From Candidatus Daviesbacteria bacterium (GTDB lineage Bacteria > Patescibacteriota > Microgenomatia > Daviesbacterales > UBA10151), in contig JACQIX010000010.1 of the NCBI GenBank assembly GCA_016198275.1, positions 172 through 64,171 of the forward strand: DNA of 64,000 nt, read 5' to 3'. The position numbers were made by a program, and so were the translations under genes. The notes beneath the pieces are model-generated. The model ran no database searches and was not told where the DNA came from. It worked only from the letters and a program-made list of their open reading frames with translations. Shown piece after piece: positions 26,419-37,276 of this stretch (positions are counted from its first letter, which is position 1; every line of letters begins with the position of its first letter).

Positions 26419-29400
26419 ATGTCTATAGTATCAGTTAAATCAGATAATGAGCGTAAATATTGGAGTAAAACATCTGCTTTTGTCCCTGAACTTAATTTAA
26501 TCAAAATTCAACTTGACTCATATAATTGGTTTTTAAAAACAGGAATTACCGAAGTCCTTGAGGAAATTTCTCCTGTTGAGGATTTTACCGGAAAAAATTG
26601 GACCCTGAATCTGGGGTCTTTTTATTTCGGTAAACCTAAATATACCTCTGGGGAGGCCAGAGAAAAAGGTGTTACCTTTGACGCACCCTTAAAGATTGAA
26701 GCTACTTTGATTAATAAACAAACAGGTCAAAGATACAAACAAGATGTTTTTTTGGGTGATATTCCCCAAATGACTGATAAAGGCACTTTTATCATTAATG
26801 GAGTAGAACGGGTGATTATTAATCAGTTAGTCCGTTCTCCCGGAGTATTTTTTCAAGCTTCCGATGATCCGATTACCGGCAAAAGGTTATTTTCCGCAGA
26901 AATTCGTCCCTACCGAGGATCATGGCTGGAGTTTTCCATATCCAGAACAGGAGTCTTGACTGTGAAGATTGACAGAAAAAGAAAGTTTGCAGCAACTACC
27001 TTACTTCGTGCTTTAGGCTATTCAGATAATGAAACTATTCTGGCTCAATTTGGAGATATTGACAATGAGGAAAAGTATATTGAGGCAACATTAAGTAAAG
27101 ATTCGACTACCAATACAGAGGAGGCATTGCTGGAAATTTTTAGAAAAATGCGCCCTGGTGACCCGGTAGTTTTGGATAATGCCAAAAGCCTATTGGAAGG
27201 GATGTTTTTTAACGGACGGCGTTACAATTTAACCAAGGTAGGTAGGTTTAAGATTAATAAAAGGTTAAACCTTAATTTGCCGAATTTAGCCGAAAATTGG
27301 ATTCTGACTAACACTGATATTATTGCTACTTTAAAATACTTAATTAAATTAAGCGGTGGAGAAGGCAGGTTGGATGATATTGATCATCTGGCCAACAGGC
27401 GTGTTAGGTGCGCGGGAGAATTGGTTCAGCAAAATGCTTTCAGAATTGGGGTGCTGAGACTTGAGCGGATTATTAAAGAAAGGATGAGTTTAACAGCTGT
27501 TGACCAGGAAGTTTCACCGGGCGGCTTGATCAATGCCAAACCTGTGATTGCTGCCATTAATGAATTCTTTCGTTCATCGCAATTGTCCTCAATTTTGGAT
27601 CAGGTTAATCCTTTGTCAGAATTGGATCATTTAAGAAGATTGTCGGTGATGGGAGCAGGAGGCATCACCCGTGATAGAGCCTCATTTTCTGTTCGTGATA
27701 TTAATCATTCACAATACGGCAGGATTGATCCTATTAGATCACCTGAAGGTCAAAATATAGGACTGGTTACCTATTTGGCTCTTTATGCCCGCATTAATGA
27801 ATATGGGTTTTTGGAAACACCCTATAGAAAGGTAGTAACGCTAAAAGGAAAGCCGAAAGTGACGGATGAGATAGTATACTTATCAGCTGATGACGAAGAG
27901 GATTATCATATTACTGAGGCAACAGCCATATTGGATGATAAAGGATATATTTTGGGTGAACGCATACCAATCCGCCACAAAGGAAATTTTTTTGAAGGAT
28001 TATCTAAGGAAGTTTCGCTGATTGATATTTCTCCCCAGCAAATCTTTGGTATATCTGCTTCTTTGATCCCTTTTTTGGCAAATGATGATGCTAACCGGGC
28101 TTTGATGGGCACTCAAATGCAATGTCAGGCAGTGCCGCTACTTAAACCATCAGCCCCGATTGTAGGGACAGGCATGGAAAGGATTGTGGCAGACAATATG
28201 GGTAGAGTTGTGCGGGCAAGTGAAGATGGGGTAATCAAATACGCAGATGGGAAAAAAGTGGTCCTAAAAACTAACAAAGAGGAAATTAAATACGAAATCA
28301 ACAAATTTATTCACTCTCCTCAAGGCACCTGTTATTCACAGAGGCCGGTAGTTGAGGCAGGGATGAGGGTCAAAAAAGGAGATTTATTGATTGACGGTGC
28401 TGCTTGTGAAGGAGGAGAATTGGCTTTGGGACAAAACTTGCTGATTGCTTATATGAGTTTTGACGGTTTAGGTTATGAGGATGCTATTGTTATTTCAGAT
28501 CGTCTGGTAAAAGAGGATGTTTTAACCTCAATTCATATTGAGGAATATGAAGTTGATATGGTGGAAACAAAATTGGGGCCAGAGGAGTTAACCCGCGACA
28601 TCCCCAATGTTTCCGAAGATGCGCTGGCCAATTTAGATGATCAAGGAATTGTCAGAATTGGGGCAGAAGTTAGGCCAAGTGATATTTTGGTTGGTAAGGT
28701 TCAACCAAAGGGGGAGACCGAGTTAACTGCCGAGGAAAGGTTGTTACGGGCTATTTTTGGAGAAAAAGCTAAAGAAGTCAGAGACACCTCTTTGAGAATT
28801 CCGCATGGGGAGCGAGGAACAGTGATTGGGGTACAAATTCTTTCCCGAGACGGAGGCGACGAATTAGAAACAGGCACTTTGATGAGAATTAAGGTAAAAG
28901 TGGCGCAAATGAGGAAGGTTACCGAAGGTGATAAGTTGGCTGGCAGACATGGCAACAAAGGAGTAATTTCCAAAATTGTTCCTGTTTGTGATATGCCACA
29001 TTTGGAGGATGGGGAAGCAGTGGATATTATCATCTCCCCCCTATCAGTCTTGTCAAGAATGAATTTAGGGCAACTTTTGGAAACCCATTGGGGTCTAATA
29101 GGGGATACATTAGGCTACCGGATAGCTGCTCCTGTTTTTGAAAAGATTATGGAGGAAAAATTGATTGAGGAGTTCAAGAAAGCCAAGTTATCAACTGAAG
29201 GTAAAGTCAAGCTGATTGACGGAAGAACAGGTCAGGCATTTGAAAGAAGCATTGTAGTTGGTAAAAATTATATTCTTAAGTTAATCCACATGGTGGAAGA
29301 GAAAATTCATGCCCGCTCCACAGGACCATATTCTTTGGTTACCCAGCAGCCATTAGGCGGAAAAGCCCAAATGGGCGGACAAAGACTGGGAGAAATGGAA

Positions 29401-29769
29401 GTTTGGGCCTTGGAAGCATATGGAGCAGCTTATATTTTACAAGAAATGCTCACCATCAAATCCGATGATGTGGTGGGACGGGCTAAAGCTTTTGAGGCGA
29501 TTGTTAAAGGGATTGACATTCCCCAAGCTTTGATACCGGAAAGCTTTAAAGTTTTAGTCAAGGAGTTACAAGCTTTGGGACTTTCAGTTGAGACAATTGG
29601 AGCAAAGATTGTGCAAGCGCAAGAAGTTGAAGAAAAGGAAGAAGTTATAAAAGAGGTTGTTCAACTTCAGGAAGCTTTGGAGATGAATACTACTGCTCAA
29701 AAAGGTGAACTTGAGGCTGAATCCAGTCCGTTTGAGGTAATTGAAGGAGAGTCGAAGGAGGATAAGTAG
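26419..29769 (+). CDS. rpoB: DNA-directed RNA polymerase subunit beta
   Basis: 1116 aa. Conserved RpoB regions throughout (e.g. GDKLAGRHGNKGVISKIVP, NLGQLLETHWG). Confidence 0.95.
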   Translation: MSIVSVKSDNERKYWSKTSAFVPELNLIKIQLDSYNWFLKTGITEVLEEISPVEDFTGKNWTLNLGSFYFGKPKYTSGEAREKGVTFDAPLKIEATLINKQTGQRYKQDVFLGDIPQMTDKGTFIINGVERVIINQLVRSPGVFFQASDDPITGKRLFSAEIRPYRGSWLEFSISRTGVLTVKIDRKRKFAATTLLRALGYSDNETILAQFGDIDNEEKYIEATLSKDSTTNTEEALLEIFRKMRPGDPVVLDNAKSLLEGMFFNGRRYNLTKVGRFKINKRLNLNLPNLAENWILTNTDIIATLKYLIKLSGGEGRLDDIDHLANRRVRCAGELVQQNAFRIGVLRLERIIKERMSLTAVDQEVSPGGLINAKPVIAAINEFFRSSQLSSILDQVNPLSELDHLRRLSVMGAGGITRDRASFSVRDINHSQYGRIDPIRSPEGQNIGLVTYLALYARINEYGFLETPYRKVVTLKGKPKVTDEIVYLSADDEEDYHITEATAILDDKGYILGERIPIRHKGNFFEGLSKEVSLIDISPQQIFGISASLIPFLANDDANRALMGTQMQCQAVPLLKPSAPIVGTGMERIVADNMGRVVRASEDGVIKYADGKKVVLKTNKEEIKYEINKFIHSPQGTCYSQRPVVEAGMRVKKGDLLIDGAACEGGELALGQNLLIAYMSFDGLGYEDAIVISDRLVKEDVLTSIHIEEYEVDMVETKLGPEELTRDIPNVSEDALANLDDQGIVRIGAEVRPSDILVGKVQPKGETELTAEERLLRAIFGEKAKEVRDTSLRIPHGERGTVIGVQILSRDGGDELETGTLMRIKVKVAQMRKVTEGDKLAGRHGNKGVISKIVPVCDMPHLEDGEAVDIIISPLSVLSRMNLGQLLETHWGLIGDTLGYRIAAPVFEKIMEEKLIEEFKKAKLSTEGKVKLIDGRTGQAFERSIVVGKNYILKLIHMVEEKIHARSTGPYSLVTQQPLGGKAQMGGQRLGEMEVWALEAYGAAYILQEMLTIKSDDVVGRAKAFEAIVKGIDIPQALIPESFKVLVKELQALGLSVETIGAKIVQAQEVEEKEEVIKEVVQLQEALEMNTTAQKGELEAESSPFEVIEGESKEDK

Positions 29770-29772
29770 CTT

Positions 29773-32700
29773 ATGAATGATTTATTAGATTTTGAAAGCT
29801 TAAGATTAACAGTGGCTTCGCCTGAACAAGTCCGCAGTTGGTCTTTCGGTGAAGTTACCAAACCGGAAACTATCAATTACCGAACATTAAAGGCTGAAAA
29901 AGACGGACTGTTTTCAGAAAATATTTTTGGCCCAACCAAGGATTATGAATGCTACTGCGGTAAATACAAAAGAATTAGATTTAGAGGGGTAATTTGTGAT
30001 AAATGCGGAGTAGAGGTGACACAATCCAAAGTCAGAAGAGAGAGGATGGGTCATATCAATTTGGCATCTCCGGTTGCTCATTCTTGGTTTGTCAAGGGTG
30101 CACCTTCCAAGCTATCGTTAATACTTGATATCTCGCCTAAAAACTTGGAGGCAGTGGTTTACTTTGCTTCATATCTGGTAATTAATATTAATTCAGCTGG
30201 TAAAACTGCAGCTTTGGAAAAATTGACCAAAGATTTAGAAGCTAAATTAGCCCAGTCAAAGGATACTCTGGAAAAGAATACCAGAATTTTAGAGAGCCAG
30301 TTCAAAAAAGACAGCACTGCTTTAAAGAAAAAACTGGATAAAGAAAAATTCGAATTAGAAGCTCAAGAGCAGGAGTTGAAAATGAGAGCAGAAGTGCAGA
30401 AACTAAGAAGTAATCATGCAGTTGAACTTGGTCAGTTAGAAAATATTTACAAAGCAGTTTCGGATCTGGTAAAAAGTGTAACTTTTTTAAAACTGTTATC
30501 TGAAGAGGAATATTTGAAACTATCAGAGTATGGGGTATCGGATTTTGTGGGAGTTGGAATGGGAGCGGAAGCACTATTGCAGGTCCTGGAAAAGATAGAT
30601 TTGGATAAGTTATCGGCAAACCTTCGAGAAGAGGTCAGAAAATCCAGCGGACAAAAACACATTAAAGCCACCAAAAGGCTGCGAATCGCTGAGGGGATGA
30701 GGTCAGCTGTAATTTCACCTTCCTGGTTAATCTTGTCAGTCTTGCCTGTTTTACCGCCGGATCTTCGTCCCATGGTTCAACTACCCGGAGGCAGGTTTGC
30801 CACCTCTGATTTAAATGATCTTTACAGAAGGGTGATTAATCGCAATAACCGTTTAAACAGGTTGATCAATTTAGGCGCCCCGGAAATAATTTTACGAAAC
30901 GAAAAGAGAATGCTGCAGGAAGCAGTTGACAGTTTAATTGATACCAATTCCCGTACTTCCAGGCGGGGAGGACCTGTTAGCGCCCATGTTCTTCGTTCTT
31001 TATCTGATATGTTGCGCGGCAAACAAGGCAGATTCAGGCAGAACCTTTTAGGTAAAAGAGTTGATTATTCCGGCAGATCTGTAATTGTGGTGGGGCCAAA
31101 GCTTAAACTGGATCAGGTAGGGTTGCCAAAAGAGATGGCTTTGGAAATGTTCAAACCTTTTGTTTTGCGTGAGATGATTGCCAGAGGCTTGGCTTCCAAT
31201 GTTAAAGGCGCCAAGAACGTATTAGAACTAAGGTCGGCTGGGGTTTGGGATATTTTAGAAGAAATTATCACCGGCCATCCAATTTTAATAAACCGAGCTC
31301 CAACTTTGCATAGATTGGGTATTCAGGCTTTCTTTCCGGTGTTAGTTGACGGCAATGCCATTCAGATCCATCCTTGTATTTGTGCCGGGTTTAATGCTGA
31401 TTTTGATGGTGATCAGATGGCGATTCATGTGCCGCTTTCTTCTAAGGCTCAAGATGAAGCTAAAGAGTTGATGATGGCCAAAGAAAATATTTTTGGTCCG
31501 GCCAATGCCCAACCAATCACTGTCCCCAATAGAGAAATGGCTTTGGGTTGTTACTACCTTACCGTCTTGGATGAAAGCAAAGATGAAGAACTTAAATTTT
31601 TTAGCCAAGAAGAAGATGTTATCAGAGCTTACTCTTTAGGCAAATTAGGTATCCAGCAAAAAATAAAAGTTAGAATCAAAAAAGAGACTATAGAAACTTC
31701 AGTAGGCAGGATTCTTTTTAACCAAGTCCTACCCCCCCAGTGGGGATTTATCAATTCAGTTATTAAAGGGTTTACCATTCGCGATATCATCCTTCGGGCC
31801 ATGGCAACTTTTTCTAAAGAAGAGGTAACTGAATTGATTGACCGTATTAAAGATATTGGTTTTTGGGGAGCCACAATTGCCGGGGTGTCAATTTCAATTT
31901 TTGATGCCAAAGTTGTACCTGATAAGCAGAAATATTTGGATTGGGCGGAAGCTGAGATTGAAAAAATAGAGGCTAATGTAGTCAAAGGGTTAATTACCCC
32001 CCAGGAAAAATCCCAACTGTCACAGATGGTTTGGATAAAAACCACGGAAGAACTGGCCAATGCTACCTGGGACTTTTTAGAAGCTGACAATCCTATCAGA
32101 ATGATGGTGGAAGCAGGTGCCAGGGGGAGTAGAGATCAGGCCAAGCAGCTTTCAGCCATGAGAGGGTTATCAACTGATCCGACAGGAAAAATTGTGGAGT
32201 TACCCACCAAGTCAAATTACCGTCAGGGTTTGTCTGTTTTTGAATACTTTACATCTGCCCGCGGAGCCAGAAAAGGAGTGGCAGATAAAGCCTTAAAAAC
32301 TGCTGACGCTGGCTACTTAACCAGAAGATTAGTAGATGTGGCGCACGATGCTATTATCAGAATGGAAGATTGTAAAACTCAAGATGCTTTAGAGTACGGT
32401 ATAGCAAAAAGTAATTTCAATACTGTCAGAGAAAAACTTCTGGGTAGGATTGTGGCAGAAAATATATTTGAACCCAAGACTAGGAAAGTTTTAGTTAAGG
32501 CAGGTACAGTATTAATAGAAGAAAGTATCAGCTTAATCTTAAAAAGCGCAGTAGTAAAAGTATCAGCCCGCTCTCCTTTAACTTGTAAGGCACCATACGG
32601 AATTTGTGCTGGTTGTTATGGTTTTGATTTGACTACCCGGGCTATTGTGAAAATCGGTACACCGGTTGGAGTGGTGGCTGCTCAGGCCATTGGTGAGCCT

Positions 32701-33465
32701 GGAACCCAGTTGACCATGCGTACTTTTCATACCGGCGGGATTGTAGGATTAGATATTACTCAAGGTTTACCACGGGTAGAAGAATTATATGAAGCCAGAA
32801 CTCCAAAAGTAGTTTCTCCCATGTCTGAAATTGCCGGAAAAGTTTCCATAATTGAAACTGAAAATGCGGGTATAAGAGTTCGGGTCAGAGCTACTCAAAA
32901 ACCTCATGATGAAAGAGAATACATTATCCCAGCCACCTCTACGTTACTGGTGGAGGATGGGTCTTTAATTGACGCCGGTACAATTTTGGCATCAGGTCAT
33001 GTGGATGTTAAAGAAATATTGAGAATTCAAGGTTTGAGTGCAGCCCAGCGTTATATAGTTGATGAAGCCAGGGCTGTTTATGAGTCTCAAGGCGTGCCGA
33101 TTAATGAAAAGCATTTTGAGGTGATTGTGAGAAAAATGTCAGATAAAGTCAGGGTGGAATCCCAAGGTGATACCAATCTTTTGCCAGGTGAGATTATTGA
33201 CGAATTAAGGTTTGAGGAAGAAAACAAAAGGGTGTTAGCAGGAGGAGGCGAGCCGGCCACAGCAGAAATGATCATACTGGGAATTACCAGAGCTTCTTTA
33301 CAAACAGAGAGTTTCCTTTCTGCTGCTTCATTTCAGGAAACTACCTCGGTTCTGTCAGACGCGGCAATTGCCGGAAAGCTTGATAAGCTGATTGGGCTTA
33401 AAGAAAATGTTATAATTGGTCGCTTGATACCAACTAGTTTGGAGCGGGCTAAAATTGAATTATAA
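29773..33465 (+). CDS. rpoC: DNA-directed RNA polymerase subunit beta'
   Basis: 1230 aa. Zn-binding CxxC N-terminus. NADFDGDQMAIHVP catalytic motif. Bridge helix and trigger loop regions. Confidence 0.95.
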   Translation: MNDLLDFESLRLTVASPEQVRSWSFGEVTKPETINYRTLKAEKDGLFSENIFGPTKDYECYCGKYKRIRFRGVICDKCGVEVTQSKVRRERMGHINLASPVAHSWFVKGAPSKLSLILDISPKNLEAVVYFASYLVININSAGKTAALEKLTKDLEAKLAQSKDTLEKNTRILESQFKKDSTALKKKLDKEKFELEAQEQELKMRAEVQKLRSNHAVELGQLENIYKAVSDLVKSVTFLKLLSEEEYLKLSEYGVSDFVGVGMGAEALLQVLEKIDLDKLSANLREEVRKSSGQKHIKATKRLRIAEGMRSAVISPSWLILSVLPVLPPDLRPMVQLPGGRFATSDLNDLYRRVINRNNRLNRLINLGAPEIILRNEKRMLQEAVDSLIDTNSRTSRRGGPVSAHVLRSLSDMLRGKQGRFRQNLLGKRVDYSGRSVIVVGPKLKLDQVGLPKEMALEMFKPFVLREMIARGLASNVKGAKNVLELRSAGVWDILEEIITGHPILINRAPTLHRLGIQAFFPVLVDGNAIQIHPCICAGFNADFDGDQMAIHVPLSSKAQDEAKELMMAKENIFGPANAQPITVPNREMALGCYYLTVLDESKDEELKFFSQEEDVIRAYSLGKLGIQQKIKVRIKKETIETSVGRILFNQVLPPQWGFINSVIKGFTIRDIILRAMATFSKEEVTELIDRIKDIGFWGATIAGVSISIFDAKVVPDKQKYLDWAEAEIEKIEANVVKGLITPQEKSQLSQMVWIKTTEELANATWDFLEADNPIRMMVEAGARGSRDQAKQLSAMRGLSTDPTGKIVELPTKSNYRQGLSVFEYFTSARGARKGVADKALKTADAGYLTRRLVDVAHDAIIRMEDCKTQDALEYGIAKSNFNTVREKLLGRIVAENIFEPKTRKVLVKAGTVLIEESISLILKSAVVKVSARSPLTCKAPYGICAGCYGFDLTTRAIVKIGTPVGVVAAQAIGEPGTQLTMRTFHTGGIVGLDITQGLPRVEELYEARTPKVVSPMSEIAGKVSIIETENAGIRVRVRATQKPHDEREYIIPATSTLLVEDGSLIDAGTILASGHVDVKEILRIQGLSAAQRYIVDEARAVYESQGVPINEKHFEVIVRKMSDKVRVESQGDTNLLPGEIIDELRFEEENKRVLAGGGEPATAEMIILGITRASLQTESFLSAASFQETTSVLSDAAIAGKLDKLIGLKENVIIGRLIPTSLERAKIEL

Positions 33466-33477
33466 ACGATAGAACTT

Positions 33478-33939
33478 ATGCCAACTATTAATCAATTAAT
33501 TAGAAAAGGTAGAAAAAAGATGGTGAGAAAAATTAAAGCTACAGCTTTGCGACGTGGCTTTAATGCCAAAGACAGGCGTTACAGCCAAAATTTTAATCCG
33601 CAAAAGCGGGGGGTGGTGACTTTGGTCAAAACTATGACCCCCAAAAAACCGAATTCAGCTTTAAGAAAAGTAGCCAGAGTTAGGTTATCCAACCGGACAG
33701 AGGTGACAGCCTACATTCAGGGGGAAGGACATTCTTTAGCAGAACATGCCATTGTTTTAGTCCGTGGCGGCAGGGTTCAAGATTTACCGGGAGTAAAATA
33801 CCATTTGATCAGAGGTAAACTGGATTTAGGGGGTGTGGTTGGCAGAAAACGCGGCAGATCCAAATATGGAACAAAAAAGGGTGTTGGTGGAATTGCTCCA
33901 AGAGCTGCAGTGCCCCAACCAGCACCAGCAGCAGTCTAA
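33478..33939 (+). CDS. rpsL: 30S ribosomal protein S12 (with internal insertion and C-terminal extension)
   Basis: 153 aa. [14 protein letters not shown]...[12 protein letters not shown]...[20 protein letters not shown]. Extra C-terminal residues rich in A/P/V. Confidence 0.9.
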   Translation: MPTINQLIRKGRKKMVRKIKATALRRGFNAKDRRYSQNFNPQKRGVVTLVKTMTPKKPNSALRKVARVRLSNRTEVTAYIQGEGHSLAEHAIVLVRGGRVQDLPGVKYHLIRGKLDLGGVVGRKRGRSKYGTKKGVGGIAPRAAVPQPAPAAV

Positions 33940-33959
33940 TATGAGGAGGATTTAAAAAC

Positions 33960-34436
33960 GTGAGAAGTAAAAAGGCCGAAAAAAGATTATTACCACCAGA
34001 TCCTATCTATGGATCCAGGCTGGTAAGCAGATTTATTAATAAAATTATGGCTTCAGGTAAAAAAAGTGTGGCTCAAAGTTTGGTTTATCAGGCACTCATA
34101 AATATCAAAGACCGAACCAAGCAAGATCCAGTAGCTTTATTTGAAAAAGCCATCCAAAATGTAGCTCCAAAAATGGAAGTTAGGCCCAGAAGAGTAGGAG
34201 GAGCTTCATATCAAGTGCCTGTGGAAGTCAGAGGTGACAGAAAAGAAGCTTTAGCTATCAGGTGGATTCTTACTGGGGCAAAATCTAAACCAAACAAGCA
34301 GTACCATAGTTTCTCTGAAAAATTAGCAGTAGAATTGTTGGATGCTGCCAATAATACTGGGGTGGCTATTAAAAAGAAAGAGGATATTCAAAAACAAGCA
34401 GCTGCTAACAGGGCTTTTTCTCACTTCAGGTGGTAA
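33960..34436 (+). CDS. rpsG: 30S ribosomal protein S7
   Basis: 158 aa. GTG start. Typical S7 sequence (..FINKIMASGKKSVAQS...RWIL). Confidence 0.9.
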   Translation: MRSKKAEKRLLPPDPIYGSRLVSRFINKIMASGKKSVAQSLVYQALINIKDRTKQDPVALFEKAIQNVAPKMEVRPRRVGGASYQVPVEVRGDRKEALAIRWILTGAKSKPNKQYHSFSEKLAVELLDAANNTGVAIKKKEDIQKQAAANRAFSHFRW

Positions 34437-34498
34437 ATAACACTTTCCTTTCAAATAGCGATAAGGCATTTTCTTGACTGAGGTGATAATATAAGTAT

Positions 34499-34699
34499 AT
34501 GTCTGTAGAAGATAAAGATATTAATCATTTGAAATACTTAGTAGGGGGGAGTTTTAGTGCACCTGGCGCTATAGATAGATTAGCAGCTCTGGTAAGAAAT
34601 CCAGATCCAGATTTATTACCCATTATGACTCGGAAGTTAACGAGAAGGCAGGATATGGATTCTCTAGAAAGGGGATTTAGAGGAAGAAAAAGGTTCTAG
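34499..34699 (+). CDS. Small hypothetical ORF (66 aa), possibly non-coding
   Basis: ORF only, no homology recognised. Lies in an unusual 650-nt insertion between rpsG and fusA. Confidence 0.2.
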   Translation: MSVEDKDINHLKYLVGGSFSAPGAIDRLAALVRNPDPDLLPIMTRKLTRRQDMDSLERGFRGRKRF

Positions 34700-34704
34700 G
34701 TTAT

Positions 34705-34733
34705 TTGACTTTTAGGATCAGATTATTTAATAT
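34705..34733 (+). promoter_or_regulatory. Near-consensus sigma70 promoter (-35 TTGACT, 17-nt spacer, -10 TAATAT)
   Basis: TTGACT 34705-34710, TAATAT 34728-34733. Predicted TSS lies a few nt before the hairpin at 34744. Confidence 0.45.
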
Positions 34734-34743
34734 CTACAATGTG

Positions 34744-34770
34744 CCTCCCGGAGCTTGAGGGAGGTTTTTT
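34744..34770 (+). terminator. Rho-independent terminator-like hairpin (CCTCCC-GGAGCTTGA-GGGAGG followed by TTTTTT)
   Basis: 6-bp GC-rich stem 34744-34749/34759-34764, then T6 followed by ACGTTTTT. Confidence 0.6.
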
Positions 34771-34857
34771 ACGTTTTTACTGAAAGCAAAAAGGTAAGGT
34801 TCTGCGAGTGCGTGATACAATCTTTAAAATCACAACACGAAGCAGGTCCTTAATAAA

Positions 34858-35085
34858 ATGGATAAAAAATTGAGACAAGAAAAAATCAAAATGTGGAAAG
34901 ATAATTTAATTCAACTGGAAAAGGAGTTGGTTATAATTGCCGAAAAAAAAGGCGCTGCTGCAGCTGAAGGGGATCTTTCCGAGAATGCTGCTTATACCAT
35001 GGCAGTTGAAGATGCTGAGACTACCAGGGTGAGAATTAATGAGGTGAAAAAGATTATTCGGGATTTGGAGAAAGGAGATAATTAG
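34858..35085 (+). CDS. GreA/GreB N-terminal coiled-coil domain-only protein (75 aa), lacking the C-terminal RNAP-binding FKBP-like domain
   Basis: [55 protein letters not shown] aligns with the GreA N-terminal domain (..[30 protein letters not shown]), including acidic tip residues. Stop 4 nt before the fusA start. Extended -10 (TGATACAAT, 34813-34821) upstream. Confidence 0.55.
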   Translation: MDKKLRQEKIKMWKDNLIQLEKELVIIAEKKGAAAAEGDLSENAAYTMAVEDAETTRVRINEVKKIIRDLEKGDN

Positions 35086-35089
35086 AGAA

Positions 35090-37258
35090 ATGGCCGTAAC
35101 CAAAACTAAACGTGATTTTCCACTAGACAGGATTAGAAACATTGGCATTATTGCCCATATTGACGCTGGTAAAACAACCACTACCGAAAGAATATTATTC
35201 TACACAGGTAGAACCTACAAAATAGGGGATATTGATGAAGGTACTACCACCACAGATTGGATGGAGCAGGAAAAAGAAAGGGGTATTACCATTGTTTCTG
35301 CAGCCATTACCACTTTTTGGACAGTAAAAAGAAATGAAGGCTTGTTTAAGGATTTGGAAACCAGAATTAATTTAATTGATACCCCCGGCCATGTTGATTT
35401 TACCGCAGAAGTAGAAAGGTCTTTAAGGGTTTTGGATGGAGGAGTAATTGTATTAGATTCCTCCTCAGGAGTTCAGTCTCAAACAGAAACTGTTTGGAGA
35501 CAAGCTAATAAATATAATGTTCCCTTGATTGCTTTTGCTAATAAAATGGATGTGGTGGGAGCGGATTTCCATGGAACAATACAGTCAGCAAGAGATAGGC
35601 TTGGGGCTAATGCTTTAGCTTATAACCTACCAATTGGCAAGGAAAATGATTTCCGCGGAGTGGTGGACCTTATAACTAAAAAAGCTTATATTTGGCAGGG
35701 AGATCCCTCGGCTACTATCGGGATAAGTGAGACTGGAGCTAAGTTTGTAGAGGCGGAAATTCCTCAAGATATGGCAGCAGATGTGGAAAAATACCGGGAA
35801 AAATTGGTGGAGGAAATTTCCGGCACAGATGATTTGTTAATGGAAAAATACTTAGGTCAAGAGCAAATAAGCATAGAAGAACTCAAGAAAGCTTTAAGAA
35901 AAGCGGTGATTAATAATAAAATTGTGCCGGTTTTGGCAGGGTCATCATTGCGGAATAAAGGTGTGCAACCAATGCTGGACTCTGTGGTGGAATATTTGCC
36001 CTCACCCCAAGACATTACTTCTGTTTCCGCAATAGATCCGGAAACCGGAGAAGATGTAGAAAGAAAAGCAAATCCCCAAGCTCCTTTATCTGCTTTAGCA
36101 TTTAAAATTCAGGTCGATCCTCATGTAGGAAAACTGACTTATGTCAGGATTTATTCCGGTACCTTAAAGTCAGGTTCATATGTTTACAACTCTACCAAGC
36201 AGATTAAAGAGCGGGTGGGCAGATTGCTTTTAATGCACGCCAATGAACGGGAAGAAATTGAAACTGCTTTGTCTGGAGAAATCGTGGCAGCTGTAGGGTT
36301 GAAAGATACAGTCACTGGCAATACCCTTTGTGACGATAGCGCCCCTATTATTTTGGAATCAATCTCATTTCCGGATCCGGTAATTTCTTTGGCAATTGAA
36401 CCGAAAACCAAGTCCGACCAAGAAAAATTGGGTTATTGCTTGCAAAGACTCTCTGAGGAAGATCCAACTTTCAGGGTTAAGTCTGATCTGGAAACGGGAC
36501 AGACTATTATTGCCGGCATGGGTGAGTTGCAGCTGGAAATCTTGGTAGAGAGGATGCGCCGGGAGTTTAAGGTAGATGCCAATGTAGGTCAACCACAAGT
36601 TGCTTATAAAGAAACTATCACCAAACAAGCCATAGGAGAGGGTAAATATATCAGGCAGACCGGAGGTAGAGGTCAATACGGTCATTGTTTGCTTAGAATT
36701 GAGCCTCTGCCTAGGGGACAAGGCAGGGAATTTGTCTCAGAAGTGGTGGGAGGGGCTATACCCAGAGAATTTATCCCTCCTATTGAAAAAGGAGTGATTG
36801 AAAAAGAAGACACAGGTATTTTAGCAGGATATCCCCTGACTGATATAAAAGTGACTGTATATGATGGGTCATTTCATGATGTTGATTCATCTGAGATTGC
36901 TTTTAAAATTGCCGCTTCCTTAGGATTATCTGAAGCTTGTAAAAAAGCAGACATGATTTTGCTTGAGCCAATCATGAAAGTAGAGGTGACTACCCCGGAG
37001 GAGTTTTTGGGGGAGATTATTGGTGATTTATCTTCTAAAAGAGCTCAAATATTGTCTTCGGAGAGCAGGGGTAATGCCAGGGTGGTTTTGGCTTTGGTGC
37101 CTTTGGCCCAGATGCATGGGTATGCCACAGCTATCAGAAGTATGTCCCAAGGTCGGGCCACATATTACATGGAAGCAGACCATTATGAACCTGTTCCTGC
37201 AAACATTACCCAAAAAATTGTGGAATCCTCAGGATTTACAGGTAGGGTTGAACATTAA
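35090..37258 (+). CDS. fusA: Elongation factor G
   Basis: 722 aa. G1 [25 protein letters not shown]. Domains II-V. Confidence 0.95.
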   Translation: MAVTKTKRDFPLDRIRNIGIIAHIDAGKTTTTERILFYTGRTYKIGDIDEGTTTTDWMEQEKERGITIVSAAITTFWTVKRNEGLFKDLETRINLIDTPGHVDFTAEVERSLRVLDGGVIVLDSSSGVQSQTETVWRQANKYNVPLIAFANKMDVVGADFHGTIQSARDRLGANALAYNLPIGKENDFRGVVDLITKKAYIWQGDPSATIGISETGAKFVEAEIPQDMAADVEKYREKLVEEISGTDDLLMEKYLGQEQISIEELKKALRKAVINNKIVPVLAGSSLRNKGVQPMLDSVVEYLPSPQDITSVSAIDPETGEDVERKANPQAPLSALAFKIQVDPHVGKLTYVRIYSGTLKSGSYVYNSTKQIKERVGRLLLMHANEREEIETALSGEIVAAVGLKDTVTGNTLCDDSAPIILESISFPDPVISLAIEPKTKSDQEKLGYCLQRLSEEDPTFRVKSDLETGQTIIAGMGELQLEILVERMRREFKVDANVGQPQVAYKETITKQAIGEGKYIRQTGGRGQYGHCLLRIEPLPRGQGREFVSEVVGGAIPREFIPPIEKGVIEKEDTGILAGYPLTDIKVTVYDGSFHDVDSSEIAFKIAASLGLSEACKKADMILLEPIMKVEVTTPEEFLGEIIGDLSSKRAQILSSESRGNARVVLALVPLAQMHGYATAIRSMSQGRATYYMEADHYEPVPANITQKIVESSGFTGRVEH

Positions 37259-37276
37259 TTTGACAATTCCGGATTG

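Noticed and set aside
26322-26504. 60-aa minus-strand ORF overlapping the rpoB start and its upstream region
   Set aside because: Overlaps the rpoB 5' end in antisense. No support; more likely the region holds rpoB promoter/leader elements (a CGTAC-GG-GTACG palindrome is present at about 26352-26365 but was too weak to call).
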